In this document: piece by piece, positions 42,636-56,417 of the stretch | Position numbering within the stretch: the stretch's first letter is position 1 | How the letters are laid out: every line of letters starts with the position of its first letter | NCBI GenBank assembly: GCA_051294375.1 | Contig: CM119266.1 | Location: 6,217,431-6,281,430 of the forward strand | Direction: 5' to 3' | DNA length: 64,000 nucleotides | Source of the DNA: Paraspadella gotoi | Lineage: Eukaryota; Animalia; Chaetognatha | The notes under the pieces: generated by a model | Database searches by the model: none | Seen by the model: only the letters and a program-made list of their open reading frames with translations | What the model was told of the DNA's origin: nothing | Program-made: the position numbers and the translations under genes

Positions 42636-45600
42636 CTGGCGGAGAAAAGATAGAAATAAAGAGAAAAAGAAACAAGAAGAAAAAAGAAAATTAGAAAGAA
42701 ATGAGGAAAAATAGAAAGAAAGAACGAAAGAACGAAAGAACGAAAGAAAGAAAGAAATCCAGCAAGCAACTACGCAATCAAATAAAAAACGTGACAACGC
42801 AAAAACTAAAGGGTCCGAAACAGAGAAAGACGGGACGAGGGAAAAGAAAAAAGAGTTAGGAACTTCAGTTTGAATTGAGCCTTGAGAAAAAAAAGAAAGA
42901 AGAAAGAAAACCTGCTCACCGCGATCTCGGGTCCTCGACACGAAGAGAGGAATTTTGCCTTCGAAGCAGACTTTACAGAGTTTCAGTCAAAATTGGGAAA
43001 ACAAGCAGTATATCGAATGCAAGCAGTCGAGTGGATCAAGCAGAAGACGACATTAACGGGAAATTCAAAATAGTTATCTTATTTTCTGTGTCGACGAAGA
43101 TTTCAAAGTTTCTCCAGGGAGATTAAGTTGTCGAGATATCAAATTGATAAGAGTTTAAATTCAAATCCTGCGCAGATTGTATTGTATTGATACACAATTA
43201 ATATTTAGGTTGTCGCAAAATTATAAGTCCAATGGCATAATATCGCGCTTAGAGAATCACCCATTTAATGACGGACTGTGAGTTGCGTCACGAAAATACG
43301 TTCGCTACACGCTTCGTTGTTAAGAAAATTTTCTACTTTCTAAAATTTACCAGAATTTGTTTTTGTTTGTGTGTTTTTTGTTGTTTATTTTTTATTTTCG
43401 AGTTTGGGGATTTGAAAGGAAATTTGTTTCTAAACTTTTTCTTCCAAACTTTTTTTCCTAAATTTCGTTGGGCATCAGACCCAAAGTTTAAAGGTGCAAA
43501 GGTATTTTTAGTAAACTTAAGATAAGATTTTATTGTCTCTTTTAAATTTCCACTAAAGAAGGCCACTTTTCGAGTTTACTTTAAAATTTAACATCGAATT
43601 TTTTCATGTTTTTATCACTTGTTATTAACATTATTCAGTGTTTCTCTCTCTTATTTTTCCACAAACGATTCCCACGATTGTATTTGTCTTTGATTTATTC
43701 CTTCGTTCATTCAAATCTTATTCTTCTCTTTTTATTTATTTCTTCTTTTTTTTATTCGCTTTTCGGTTCTTTACTTCTTAGTAAAAAGAGTTTTTTTTCC
43801 TCGGTTTCGTCGTCGTCGTCGTCGTCGTCGTCGGGATCCACGAACCAGATTCTAAGGAAAGGAATCCGTTCCTCCTACCAGTTTCCCTTCATTCCCTTTG
43901 ATCCCAAAACGATGGGCGATCATCCCCATTCATGGCCTCAGATTCACAGCCGCTTAAAATAATGGCAAATCTAGAAAATTAATGTATCCGGAAGCCTTAG
44001 ATTTTAGTATATAACCGTTATTTTTAATGATGAACGTATTTTCCAGACCCCAAAAACTTTTAATACTTGATTTAAGATACTGAACCAAAAACTATAAAAA
44101 GAACATCTGTAAATCAACTAGAATTAATTTTTTTTTTAAATTTTAGCACTAAAAACAGAATAATAATAATTATGAAAAGAGCCTCTTAAAATTTGTTTAA
44201 AGTGTTTAAAGATCTTCGACGTATTTACCCAAACTCCCCGACCCCGGATGTGATCGCAGATTCCAGGATTCGGTAGAAAAAAGAGAAAAAAACTCGGTCA
44301 AGATGTGTAGTTGTCAAACTGAGGATCTCTTCATTCCTTTATCAATTCAAAAGAAAAAAACTTAAAATATAATTAGAAAGTAATAAAGAAAAGAGATGCG
44401 ATCGAAATAAAACTATAGTTTGGTTCAACGAACTTTCCAGTGTGTGGACGTAAACTACTTTATTCAGAAATTAGCGTAGGCATAGTCTTAATTGTCGTAA
44501 CTTATCAATGCATTCGGTATTGTAGGAGTAAAAACTGAATAATTCAACCAACGGATAAGAAAGAAAAGATTAAAATAAACAAAACCTAGATAACCTATAA
44601 CATTATTCTCATAAAAATTAATTCCATTAACATTACAATTTTCGAATTGCCACCAAAGCGAAGGGTTTACTTCAGAACTTCAACTAAAGTAGATTTCGCA
44701 GGTCTAACGTATCAAAATAATCCTTAACCTTATAATCATTATGAGTAATAATTATAATGAATATTACAGGAAAAGTGAAGCGTCTCTAACGGACTCGACG
44801 ATGTCGAGTTCAGAGAGAGAGAGCGAGACGAGAGATGAAGAGATAGAGAGCGAGACAAAAGAGTGCATAGCGAATGAGGTCCCGGGATCGAGTGAGAACG
44901 ATCATCATCGACCGAACAGAAAAGAGAGAGAATGTTCGATCCCTTCAAATCTCTTTTCACGGCTGCCGTCGTTGTTGTTGTCGCGTCTGGAGACGAGGAC
45001 ATTTCTTAACGAAAACAAGTGATTTTCGCGGGTGATCAAGTCTCATGTACAATTGTACATCGAATCGAAGTCTCGAGGTTTCCAGAGAGGAAACGCGTTC
45101 GTGAATTATTTCTGCGCTGGTCTCAATTTACGCCATGAAAGAAAAAAGGGGCAGCGTACTTTCAACGGTTGACCTCCGTCTGGTATCGGGCTATATTTTT
45201 ATCTTATTAACTTTTTATTTGTATCAACTTTAATGTCTCAGCTGCATTTCGACAAAGTAGAGAGAGATAAAGAGAGAGGGCGATTTAAAAATAACCGAGT
45301 GAGAGGAGAAAAAAAAAAGTTTCTTTCTTTGAAAAAGTTTTTTTTATCTGTTTCTTTCTCCTTAAGCTGATTTGGTGCGACGCTTAAGTTGATGAATATC
45401 AATTACGGAAGCGCGGCTAGACAATGGGAAAGCGAAAGCATTAAATTAGAGGACCATTTTTTTTTGAAGGGGGGGTTCGGGGGAGAAGGCTCATTATGAA
45501 CCAATTAAATTAAGTGTACATTGTACACTGTACAATTTGAAAAATGAAATTATAAATTTTATACTACAAAATATAAAAAATTAGTTTAAAAAGAAAAGTA

Positions 45601-46538
45601 ATATTCTAATCCCTCAGTTTAATAAGGATGAATTAAAAAATGGGAAAAAAAATATACCTAAAATTTTTCTGTTACAGTTTTTTATCTAAACTTGCATGGA
45701 ATGTTTGACATGATTCCTTACAACCTGCAAAGAAAGAGGCATTTGCCATTTAGAACCAGATAGTACTAATTAATAATACATTTCTTAGAGGAGTGCACTG
45801 ACCAATAACCAGGAAGGTAAAGCTAATTATTACCATTTGAACTTCTCAAAACTGATTTATAAGAAGCACCGAGTATTTTAGTATCTGTTATATTATCAAG
45901 AGAATTATTCCTGGCCAAATTCATCAGCCGATGACAATAAGAAACGGGATTAGGTGCCCCAAACCACCAAGACGAAACCCACGCCGATTCATTGAGTAAA
46001 TGTGGAACGATGACGAAAAGGATGTGACTCGTCAAATCACGCATGAGTCAATCATTATTCACAACTATTAATAACTTTGAGGGAGTATAAATACAAGGGT
46101 TTCTTGAGATTTCTTCGAGCAACGTTTGTCTCGAAGGTACGTTCAGTTCAATATTGTCAACAAAAAAAAAAAGAAAAGCCGAGCAAACTTACATCTAGGC
46201 CCATTACAAAAAACTTCCGCCCCTTTCCGCTAAGGTCGGAGCGAGAATTTCTATTCTGATGATAAATCCCCCAAAATCTAGACTCGACACCGACGAAAGC
46301 TGACGAAAGGAAAAGTCTCTGAGAAGCCCGCGAAACCATTTCCGCGTCGACGACAGCACTAAAGGGGATTAGCGGAATATTTAAAAACGCGAACCCCCCC
46401 GTCCCCCCCCTTCGCTATCGAGAGAGAGACCGGAAGTTCCCGGTGCATAAACTCACTCGATCTCCACATAAAGAAAAAAGTCTGGGATTCGCTAGACTTT
46501 CTCTCTTTTAGTATTTCGGTCGGCGAAATAACAGACAA

Positions 46539-49500
46539 ATGTACGTGCTCGCGACGTTGGCCTTCGTCGCCATGGCGACCGCCACGCCTGCCAACAGACC
46601 GTCGGACAACATGATCGAACTTGACTTCCTTTGCCAGGAAGACGGACTCTTCGCCAGTCCCAAGTATTGCAATCTCTTTTGGATCTGCTTATACACGGAC
46701 TCGGTGCAACCGATTCAAATTCCTTACGTTTGCGGGGCCGGCTACGCAAATCCGAGGTATGGCACTTGCGACTGGGAAGAGCACGTCAACTGTAACGGAG
46801 AGATGGCGCCGGTCCCGGTCCCGGTGCCGCCGACAACGCCGCCGCCGCCGGTCACCACGCCAGGTTTTGATTGGAGAGAGAAAGAAAAAGAGATAGAAAA
46901 GAAAAAAATTGGGAAACTTAGGTTTAAAAATTGACGTGACAAACCACTAAGATCGACCAAATTTTATTGCAGGTTTGACATCTTTTGTTAAAATTAATAT
47001 ATTTAATTTTTGCAGTCAATTTTTGAACCAAAGACAACATACAAACAATTAAAATTTGGAAAAAGAAACGGAATTACGTAAAAGAAGTTTTAACAATTTA
47101 AAAAAAAAGAATATGCTACATCACCGGCAGAGCCGAAACCTTTCTCTTTTCCTAACCCCCTTTGTTTGAAGGCAACGTGCTTACTACGAGAAGCAACTCT
47201 AACCCCTCTGTTTCCACGCACAATTCTAACCCTGTCACAACAGGACCTGTCACCCCCATCAGCACAAAACCCACTACTACAGGTGGGAAGAAAAAAAACG
47301 CGCCAAGGTTGAATCACCAGTTAGTAGCAAGTTAATCTGACAGAGGATCACTGGCCAGCGACTTCCCTTTCTGTTTTATGAAATTGCTATTAATTGATTC
47401 ACTCGTGATCCATCTCGGCGTCTACCATGGTTTTGGGGTTTTTTTTTTCTCGTTTTTCCACCTCGCCCTCAAATTTAACGCGACTAAAATGTCTCTCTAC
47501 CAGTGCCAACACAACCCCCCACAAACCCTCCCGTCGGCGGCACGCGTTTTCGCCGGGTCTGCTACTACACCAACTGGGCGCAGTACCGCCGCACCCCTGA
47601 AGGAAAGTTCTACCCGGAGGACGTGGACCCGTTCCTCTGCACCCACGTGATCTATGCCTTCGCCAATCTGGTCGAGCGCAAGTTGAAGGCCTTCGAGTGG
47701 AACGACGACTCGGAGCAATGGGCCAAGGGCATGTACGAGCGGATGATGGAGAACAAAAAGAAGAACCCCGCCCTGAAGATCCTCCTCGCCGTCGGCGGGT
47801 GGACCATGAGCTCACCGCCCTTTGTCAAAACGGTGGCGACGCAACAGTCTCGGGACACCTTCATCCAGGACGCCATCCAGTTTCTCCGAGAAAGAGACTT
47901 TGACGGGCTCGATCTGGATTGGGAGTACCCAGGAAATAGGGGCTCGCCTTCGGACGATAAGCATAGGTTCACACTATTCATGCAGGAATTGCAGGTACAA
48001 GTACCAGTACAATTGCTCATGCTCAAGATAAATGACAAATTGAAAATTGAAAAATTTTCATAATTACTGTGCTAAAGCAAAAAAAAGGTTTTTTTGCTTT
48101 AGCCCAGAAAATCCCACTATGAAATTTTTTCAAAAAATAATTATACTCCCTGTGCTTGTGATGACGTTTAAAGAACATAGTAAATATGTTTTTAAATATA
48201 ATGATAGAACTTTAATACTAAAATCCCTCATTTAGGCAGCTTTTGCAGCTGAGGCGGCCTCCAGCGGTAAAGACCGCCTTCTGCTGACGGCGGCGGTGGC
48301 GGCGGGTGAGTGGACCGTTGAAAAGGCTTACGAAGTGAGTGAAGTTTGCGCCGCTTCCGACTTCATCAACCTCATGTCTTACGATCTTCACGGATCTTGG
48401 GAGTCCTTCACCGGCCACAACTCGCCCCTCTACACGGAGACGGGCGGCAATAAAAAGCTAAGTGTCGACTATGCAGTCAACATGTGGCTCGATCTCGGGT
48501 GCCCCAAGGAAAAGCTGGTCATGGGCATGGGCACCTACGGCAGGACTTTCACCCTGGTCAACCCATCCAAGACGGGTCTGAATGCTGACGCCTCGGGCCC
48601 TGGCGCCGCAGGGCCTTCTACCTCGGCCAAGGGGTTTTTGTCTTACTACGAGATTTGCAAATTTATCAATAATGAAGGATGGCAATCGGAATTTATAGAT
48701 GAGATTAAGAGTCCCATCGCTTACAAAGGTGAGGTGGGAAGAAGAGATTTAAGAAATATCGAACCACAAAACATCGGTAATCTATTTTCGGTGTAATATT
48801 TGTGCTTATTTAAAAGACAGATTTAAGAATTTAGAATTAAAATTGAAATTGAACAAAATGGGTAGAAACACTTTTCTTTTCAGGCAACCAATGGGTTGGT
48901 TACGATAACCCAAGAAGCATCGAGATCAAGTGCAACTACATCAGACAAAAGGAACTGGGAGGCGGCATGATCTGGGCCCTTGACCTCGACGATTTTACGG
49001 GTGAAGTGACTTAATGTTCAATGTCCATAGCACAGACTTCTTAAGTTACGTGAGAAATTGAGAAACGTCCTCTTGGGAAATGATGACAACAGGAAAAGGA
49101 TGCAATGGCGAAAAATATCCCCTCCTCAAAACAATCAATAAAGTTCTGGGCAGCGAGACTTGGGTCCCACCGACAGACGGCCCGATTCCGACCAACAACC
49201 CGGGTCCAACCGACAAGCCTTCGACCTCCAAGCCGCCGCCAACATGGAATCCGACGACGCCCAGACCAACATATAAGCCGTGGTCAACCACCACAACGGC
49301 AGGAAAGGCTAACTAATGGTTACTATATTTGTTAAAATCTGAGTAGTTAAATGAAAATTATTTAAATTCATAATCGGGTAAAATTTTACTTTCGTTGGTG
49401 GTGTTTTGGTGTTTTGGCTTTTTTAAAAGACTATTTAAAAATATTTTTATTTTAAATTTAAAAAATTATTATTTAATTACCCTAACCCTTAACCCCCCTT

Positions 49501-50082
49501 AACACTAATCACCCCTAACCTAAATTACCTAAATTACCCATAACCCTAAACCCGCCCTAACCCCAGTCGGCGAAAGTTAAATTATGACAACTTTATTCCA
49601 ACAGGCGGAAATGACGGAAGCAAATTCAAATGTCCACAATCATTTGGCTATTACAACCACCCCACGGATTGCAATAGCTTTTACCAGTGTGCCCATGATC
49701 TTGCCTATAAAAAATATTGCACCGCTGGTTTGTACTTCAACGTAGCAACGAATAATTGTGATTGGCCGGCCAACGTGGACTGTAAAACACAGCAGATGGC
49801 GGAGCAAATAAAAATGGCGGACTTGCGCTTGGAGCAAATGGCTAATTTTCAGGTTGGTGGACTGGAAAATCTATGTTGACATGTGAAAGATTATTTTCAT
49901 TTTTACTTTTTTCAAAACAGATCGAGAATATAGCCAACGGTTGGTTCAACGCCTCCTTTGGCGGATCAGGTATCCCTTGGATGGGCAACAGTAATTTGGG
50001 ATACCTGGACAAAGAGACGGCTGCTTCTATGGCTTATGCAAGAACGCCGGCCAGGTTTTACACTTTACCGCCTCTAAGATAA
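46539..50082 (+). CDS. Secreted GH18 chitinase: signal peptide-CBM14-Pro/Thr linker-GH18-Pro/Thr linker-CBM14-tail, ~718 aa, 8 exons
   Basis: Exons 46539-46863, 47172-47282, 47504-47994, 48236-48728, 48884-49000, 49093-49302, 49605-49852, 49921-50082. GH18 motifs [20 protein letters not shown], intact catalytic [30 protein letters not shown]. Two six-Cys chitin-binding type-2 domains. The exon 6-7 junction needs a GA donor. AATAAA at ~50171. Confidence 0.93.
49376..49588. mobile_element. MITE-like element copy 1 (imperfect terminal inverted repeats, internal TAACCC-like tract)
   Basis: Ends aaattttactttcg ... cgaaagttaaatt; internal degenerate ccctaacc repeats; homologous to the copies at 50237 and 50993. 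Confidence 0.7.
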
Positions 50083-50236
50083 AGATTATTTTAAGGTTGT
50101 ACCACAATTCTAGGATCCAGTATTTAGATTTCCTAAAGACAATATCTGTTATGTTATTCCTGTTATCAAGAATAAAATTTTGTAACTTTTAAATATTATA
50201 AAAAATTATATAAATTTGAAAATTTGAACTTTTTAT

Positions 50237-50445
50237 AGCCAAATTTTACTTTCACTGACCGCGGTTTTGGCAGCTTTTGAAAATTTACCTAAAAATATTT
50301 ATTTAAAAAAAAAAATATTACCTAATTACCCTAACCATAAACCCTCTTAACCCTAACTAGTAACTACCCTTAACCCTAAACCACCTATAAACTACCCATA
50401 ACCCTAAACCCTCCTAACCGAAGTCGGAGAAAGTAAAATTTAGCC
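50237..50445. mobile_element. MITE-like element copy 2
   Basis: Ends gccaaattttactttcactgacc ... gtcggagaaagtaaaatttagcc; internal ttaccctaacc/taaccct tract. Confidence 0.75.
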
Positions 50446-50992
50446 TTTTATTTTAGTTAATAGTATTCAGATACTTTATTAAAATTTTACAAGCAGTTAG
50501 ATTTTTTTAATTACCTTTTATTTAGTAAAGATAAAACAAACTAACATTTACGTACGAACAAAAGTACAATATGATTTTTCTCAGAAACCCTTCTCCCTTG
50601 AGACCTAAATTGTGGCTCATTTTGTAATTAATCGTCTGGCATTTATAAATATATCAATTTTTACATAATTCTAATGTTTTTGTTGTGATCTTCTTGGCCC
50701 AATGAAGTCTCCAAATTTGTCAATCAACTCATTTCTTTACTTTTAAATGTTTCACAACTTCTTAATCAATTAAAATTTAATTAATCTTAAAAAATATAGT
50801 ATGTTAAATATAGCACTTTGTCTGTTCTACAAAGTGGTATAGATTTTATAATTTTTAGTGCTTCGGTGCTTTGTGAATTCTCAAATTAGTAATTTTAACA
50901 CAAATGAACTAATATGAATTTTTTTTTAATTTTAAAAATTCATAGTTAATATAAATTATGAAGATTTTTAATAAATTGGTACAAAAAATATA

Positions 50993-51175
50993 GGGCTAAA
51001 TTTAACTTTCGCCGACCGCGTTTTTGGCGGTTTATTTAGAAATATTTATTTTTAAAAAAAATTAAAAATATTACCCAATTACCCTAACCCTAAACCCTCT
51101 TAAACCTAACCACCCCTAAACTACCCTTAACCCTAACCCCTCCCTAACCCCGGTCAGCAGAAGTAAAAGTAACCC
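50993..51175. mobile_element. MITE-like element copy 3
   Basis: Ends gggctaaatttaactttcgccgaccg ... cggtcagcagaagtaaaagtaaccc; same internal layout. Confidence 0.75.
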
Positions 51176-53031
51176 AAATATTCTATTTTTCATGATTCAA
51201 AACTTGATACAAGTCTTATTTTAATGCAATGACTAATGCCCAACTCCTTTTTTAATTATCTTGAATGAAATTTTTTGGCTGTCATGGTTTTTTAAAATTC
51301 AAAATAACTTAAATCGGAAAATCAAATTGAAGTTTCCAATTTGACAACCTTTTAATAATCAGTCACCAAATAAAGAAGACTCATTGCAAACATGCTATAT
51401 TATACATATATATATTATATATACATATATATACAGAAAATTCCAAAACGAGACCTTCAAAACCGACTATCTTTAACAGTTTATAGTTGCATAAATATGC
51501 TGTCACGAAATGTTACAAACATAAAAAATATACTGTATAATATCATAATAACTTCAGTTTGATAACTTCAATGCAATCAAAATAACTAGGGTTTTTATTT
51601 TTTCTAGAAGTTATTTAAGTAAAATAATTATAAAATAGAAATGCTCTTACTACAAAAACCGAAAACGCCCCCTTAACAGAACGTTTCCGCTCAAATAAGG
51701 AAAATCAATAAAAACAAAAGCCTCGTATTAAAACTAAATGCGTCGGAAATAATCGAAATATAGGATTTTTAAAAAACAAAAAATAAAACAGCCCAGGTTC
51801 CATTCAGCCTTTAAAATAAAATACAAAAATATTGCGGTGTATACGAGTACATTTTATTGGACGGATTCAGGAAAATTAATACATATTTAAAGCTGCAGCA
51901 AGCTGTTCGCCAAGAAAATACGCCATGAGATTGTCTCCTTATGGATCGACCTGGGAGTATTTCTTACCTAGATCCACCCCGTAAATGATGGTGGTTAAGC
52001 TGAAAAGAGAAAAGTTGACACCATGGAGGACCGTTGGACCATCTCCCCTGACAACGCGACTAAAACATTATTTTTTTTTTTTACTCTGATTTCTAAAGAA
52101 GCCACAAGGCTTTTTTCGCCTCCAGCTGTTTTTCTCCCCCGCCGGATGAAAGCTGGTTGTAGTCTCGTTTTTTTTAACCGTCCCATCGTTTTTCCTATCA
52201 TCATTCATCGAAGGAGGAAGAAAATCCTCTAAAGGAGACGGGGTGTTGAAAAACACTAGCTTATACCAGGCATGTTTCATGTTTATATTGCCATAGCCCG
52301 AGCAATGTCAAGATTGTTAAATAAATGCATAATTTTAATATTTTGTACCAATTTCTTGCATTTGCTAATTAATTTTTAAATAGCCAGTAATTTAGAAAAT
52401 CTAAACTTTCAAGATTTTGTATTGGCAACGGTAAACAAAATAAATTTTCTAGGTTGCTAGCTAAAAATACAATTTAGCTTTCAGTAGAAAGATGGAATAT
52501 CTGAATCTGAATCTACTTGGCTTAAACTTGAAAAGTGACGGAAGAAGTTTATTTAGTCCTTTTCCGAATGCATAGACGTCATTTGGCGTTTTATCTCTTA
52601 TCAAAAAACATCAATAGTACAACGCTTAAAAAGGCGCATACATTAGGGCGATATCTCGTAGAAAGCTTCACCTTCCTCGCGCGCAAAGACGCGTTTTTGC
52701 CGCATCTTATTTATTAGTACGATGGGAATAATTAACAAATGGGATCATCTAGGCTCGATGACAAAAAAAAGGAAATACTTAAATAATGAGCAACTTTGAA
52801 GTCGTTATTTAATGTCAAAAATGATGAACTTAAGACAAATGTGAAAAACTCTTCTTATATACCACGTTTTGAGAAGCTTCTCGAGATAATCATTTTTAAA
52901 CCAAATGAAGGAGATAATAAAAAAGATAAAAATTGGGGTTTAATTAAAAAATAACAAAACTAACGCGGTGAAAAAAAAAACTTTTTTTCCTTCTTAAAAA
53001 AAAAATGGTGAAGAGAGAAAACTTCCTTGAA

Positions 53032-56000
53032 TCAAAGAACTGGGGTGTAGAAGGAGCTCTCGTTGGGAATACGTTGCTCCAGTATCATTCTCGAGTCGTT
53101 GACCGCGTGCTCCTTGACCAAGTGTTTCAATATAGTCTTGCTCATGGCGGCGATGGAATTGCAGAGGGCGCACTTGAAGGGACGTACCTTCATGTGGGTA
53201 TAGATGTGGGCGACGATGCTCTCCTTGCTGTTGTAGACGGCCTGACACTGGTTACACTTGAAGCGAGAGAGGACGGTTGCCACGGCGTTGACTGACGCCG
53301 AAGAGGCCGTCTGCTGCTGCGGAAGCGGAGGGGAAGGCGCAGCCACCGCGGCTGCGGTCGACGTCGAGCCGGAAAGCTGCGGCTGAGCCTTTTGTTGCGT
53401 ATCGACGCCGTTAAGAGAGACTTGGCCGGTGGTCAGGATGGGAATGGTCCCTGACGGCGCCATGCGGATGGAGGAGGGCAGCGAGGTCGCCGCCGCCGCT
53501 TGATTGACGACTGGTGCGAGGAGAAGCGGAGGAGTTGGCGGGTTCGCAGCGCCGGACTTGGCCGCCGTGGCGCCGGGGAGGAAGTTCTGCGGCGTGGGTT
53601 GGATGGCGACGATCTGCGACAGAGCGGGAATCGCCCCTCGAGGTAGGATTTGCGCCGGGTTGACAATCGTTTGGGCGACAGGCGCCGCGGGCGGGGGCGA
53701 CGTCAGCGTCCGGCGTTCGGCCTCGACCGACGAAGCGGTCGCCTGACGAAACGATGGAATCGGGAAGCAGTTTCGATGAAGCATCATGGTGGAGTCGAGC
53801 TGCCGCAACTGGATGATCTGGTCCTTGACCTTGTCACCGGCTCGAGGCACTCCGAAAGTAATGAAGCGAATTCCCTCGTCCGTCACGCGAACTTTGACGG
53901 GCATCAACATCTCGAACTCGCCAGGGAACGTCGCCACTTCCACAGGCGACACGTTAAGAGACGTTTGCTTCGACGCTAGAGGCGCTGGGGGCGGCGTGGC
54001 CGGCGGCGGGGCCGGCGGCGGGGCCGGCGGCGGGGCCATCATTACGACCGGAGTAGAAGCGACGCTTCGATCCGGCGTCGAAGCGACGGGAGGCGGCGCC
54101 GAATTTTCCGAGCAAGATGTGAGTTCGGGAATGTCGGGTTTGATGTCGACCTCCATCTCCGTCGCGGAATCCATCTCCGATTCGGAAGGCTTCGTCGGCC
54201 ACGCCTTCGATTTTGACGTCGTAGTCGTGGGTCCGTTGACTTCTTCCCTTTGCTTCTCTCGTTCGATCGGAAATTTCCCGTTTTGTCGCTTGGCGGCGGA
54301 TTTCTCCTTCTCCGCCGCCAACGCCGCCCTTTCCGCCTCCGACTTGGCGGACCACTTGTCAAAATCCTTTTCGCTCAACTCAGGCAGGGTGAGGTGTCGA
54401 CTGTAGACGACCATGCACTCTTTGGACCCAAGTTGGGGTCCGTGAATTCTCTCCCAATGTTCCAACTGCATGGTTATGTTCTGCGACTGAAAGCCGCAAA
54501 GGCCGCAGGCGTAGCGTTTGAAGCCGCAATGGTGTTCCTCCATGTGCCGGATGATGATCTTGCTCTGCGGCTGCACCGCGCAGCACCTGCTGCACTGATA
54601 CTGCGGTTTTCCGTTGTTCCTCTTGGGATCGACGACGCGACGGAAGCCGCCCTTGGCGAGATTCAACGACTCCTTCTCGCTGTGGGTGACGATGACCTCG
54701 AACCGCTTCTGCCAATGAGGCTCCTTTTGACCCTCGCTCATGGGCTTGTCCCACACCATGGCCGCGGCTGAGAGGTTGTGGGCGATTCTGACGGAAAATT
54801 GGGGGGGGGGGAAATAGGATTATGGGTATGAGTGGAAAACGAGGGGAACAAGGAGAAAATCTCCTCAAAAACTAACTTGAAGTGGTCAGTTATTTCTCTG
54901 ATGGAATCCGCCTTTCCGTCGCAAGATTCCAAACAGCAGGAGAGCGTGAAATGCTGGAAGGATGTGGAGTAAATCCCCACGTGACCTCCTCCGCCGCCGC
55001 TGGATTTTGAGCTGGAGTTGTTCCTCGACTTCTTCGTCGAGTTGACGTCTTTTTTCGAGTCGGAGACGTCGATGTCTGTCTCTGTGTCTTTCGAGCTGAA
55101 GAAAGGAATTTTAGATACTTACTAATTTAATCGTAAGAACGATTGGAGAAACAAAAAACGAGTGCGTACTGCGTAGTATTACTCCCGGGTTTTTAAAAAG
55201 TCCTCCCTTTTCACTTCAATGAAAACGTCACAGAAAACCATGAGGCATAAGTCGTTTAGTCTCATTGATTGTCAATTCATAAGGAAAAGCAAAATCCAAT
55301 AAAAATAAGGAATGCCCTTGGTAGGTAACTCAGAACCTTTTTCTTCAACTTTTAATCTTTATAATTTATCTTACTTAGGAGTCTACGTCGTTCTTAGAAA
55401 TCGAGGAAGACTTTTTCAATTGAGATTTTCGTTAAAATCTGACTACCAAATAATGTCAACGCTCCTGGGAAAAATTCAGGTAAAAAATAGATGTAAAAAC
55501 ACTCGATCCTGTTGCATCTGAAGGGCTCGCATTTTTTTTCTCTTGACAAATAACCATCATTTTGACATCAAACCATCAGATTCAAATGGACTGGTCCGCT
55601 CGGGAAAATATTTTTGACGCAATTTTTATATATAAAATAAAGGGATTTCTCAACTTCAATACAATGTCAACGCATTTAACATATGTTGTGATTTTACAAT
55701 AAACTTCAAATTCAGGAATCCGATAGCCATATGTCTGAAGGGCTCTCAAAATTTTTCTTTACATTTTATTTGGTTATTTTGATATGATACGATCATGGGA
55801 AAGTGAATTTGTCCATTTTGGTGAAATTTTTATTTAAAGTAAAAGTAAAAGAGGAGCTAACGATCGGAATTCTAAGAGTTTTCAACCGGGAGTCAGATTC
55901 GGGGAAAATCTTCTATGGCGAAAATCTTCCAAAGAAGGGGTCAATTTTCCGAAGATTTTGGTTAATATTTTCTATATTTATGGTAGGATTTTTTTGAAAC

Positions 56001-56417
56001 TTAATATTAACAATATTGCCATCATTCTACCTTGGCCGGTATAAGAATATATTAAAAAAACCTCGGGCTTTGTTCGTCAGAGCTTAGTCCTATCTTACTG
56101 AGCAAAAATAGCGAAAACTCCGTCTCACTCATAAAATGAATGAAATCTGCAGTTTTGGCCAACCTGGATTTTAACTTGGACGATTTCGGTCCTGGGGGAC
56201 ATTTGCCAAAACGAGCCCTCTTGTGGTCCGTCGGTCCGTCTGTGCTGTCTACGTAATCGTCGTCGTCGTAATCATCGTCGACATCGTCGCCGGCGCCGCT
56301 GCTGCCGTCGACGCTGCCGCATTTCTTGAGGACGTCCTCGAGCATGACGCGGCAGGGCTTTAAGTCATAAGAGTAAAGCTGGGAGGGACTCGGCGCGGCC
56401 TCTTCCTTGCTCTCCAT
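53032..56417 (-). CDS. C2H2 zinc-finger protein, ~742 aa, 3 exons
   Basis: Exons 56417-56164, 55095-54877, 54787-53032 (phases 2,2). Fingers: CCLESC..DHFKIAH (spans a splice junction), CSRC..HMEEHH, CGLC..HWERIH, CNQC..HIYTH, CALC..HLVKEH. Long Pro/Ala/Ser-rich linker. Orthology not recognised. Confidence 0.85.

Noticed and set aside
44739-45022. ORFs on both strands upstream of GULP1 (alternative first exon?)
   Set aside because: AG-rich low complexity; no convincing splice link.
53433-54868. Antisense and alternative-frame ORFs over the zinc-finger exon (likewise over NMT, PIGF, chitinase, LRRC8)
   Set aside because: Shadow ORFs expected from GC-rich codon usage.
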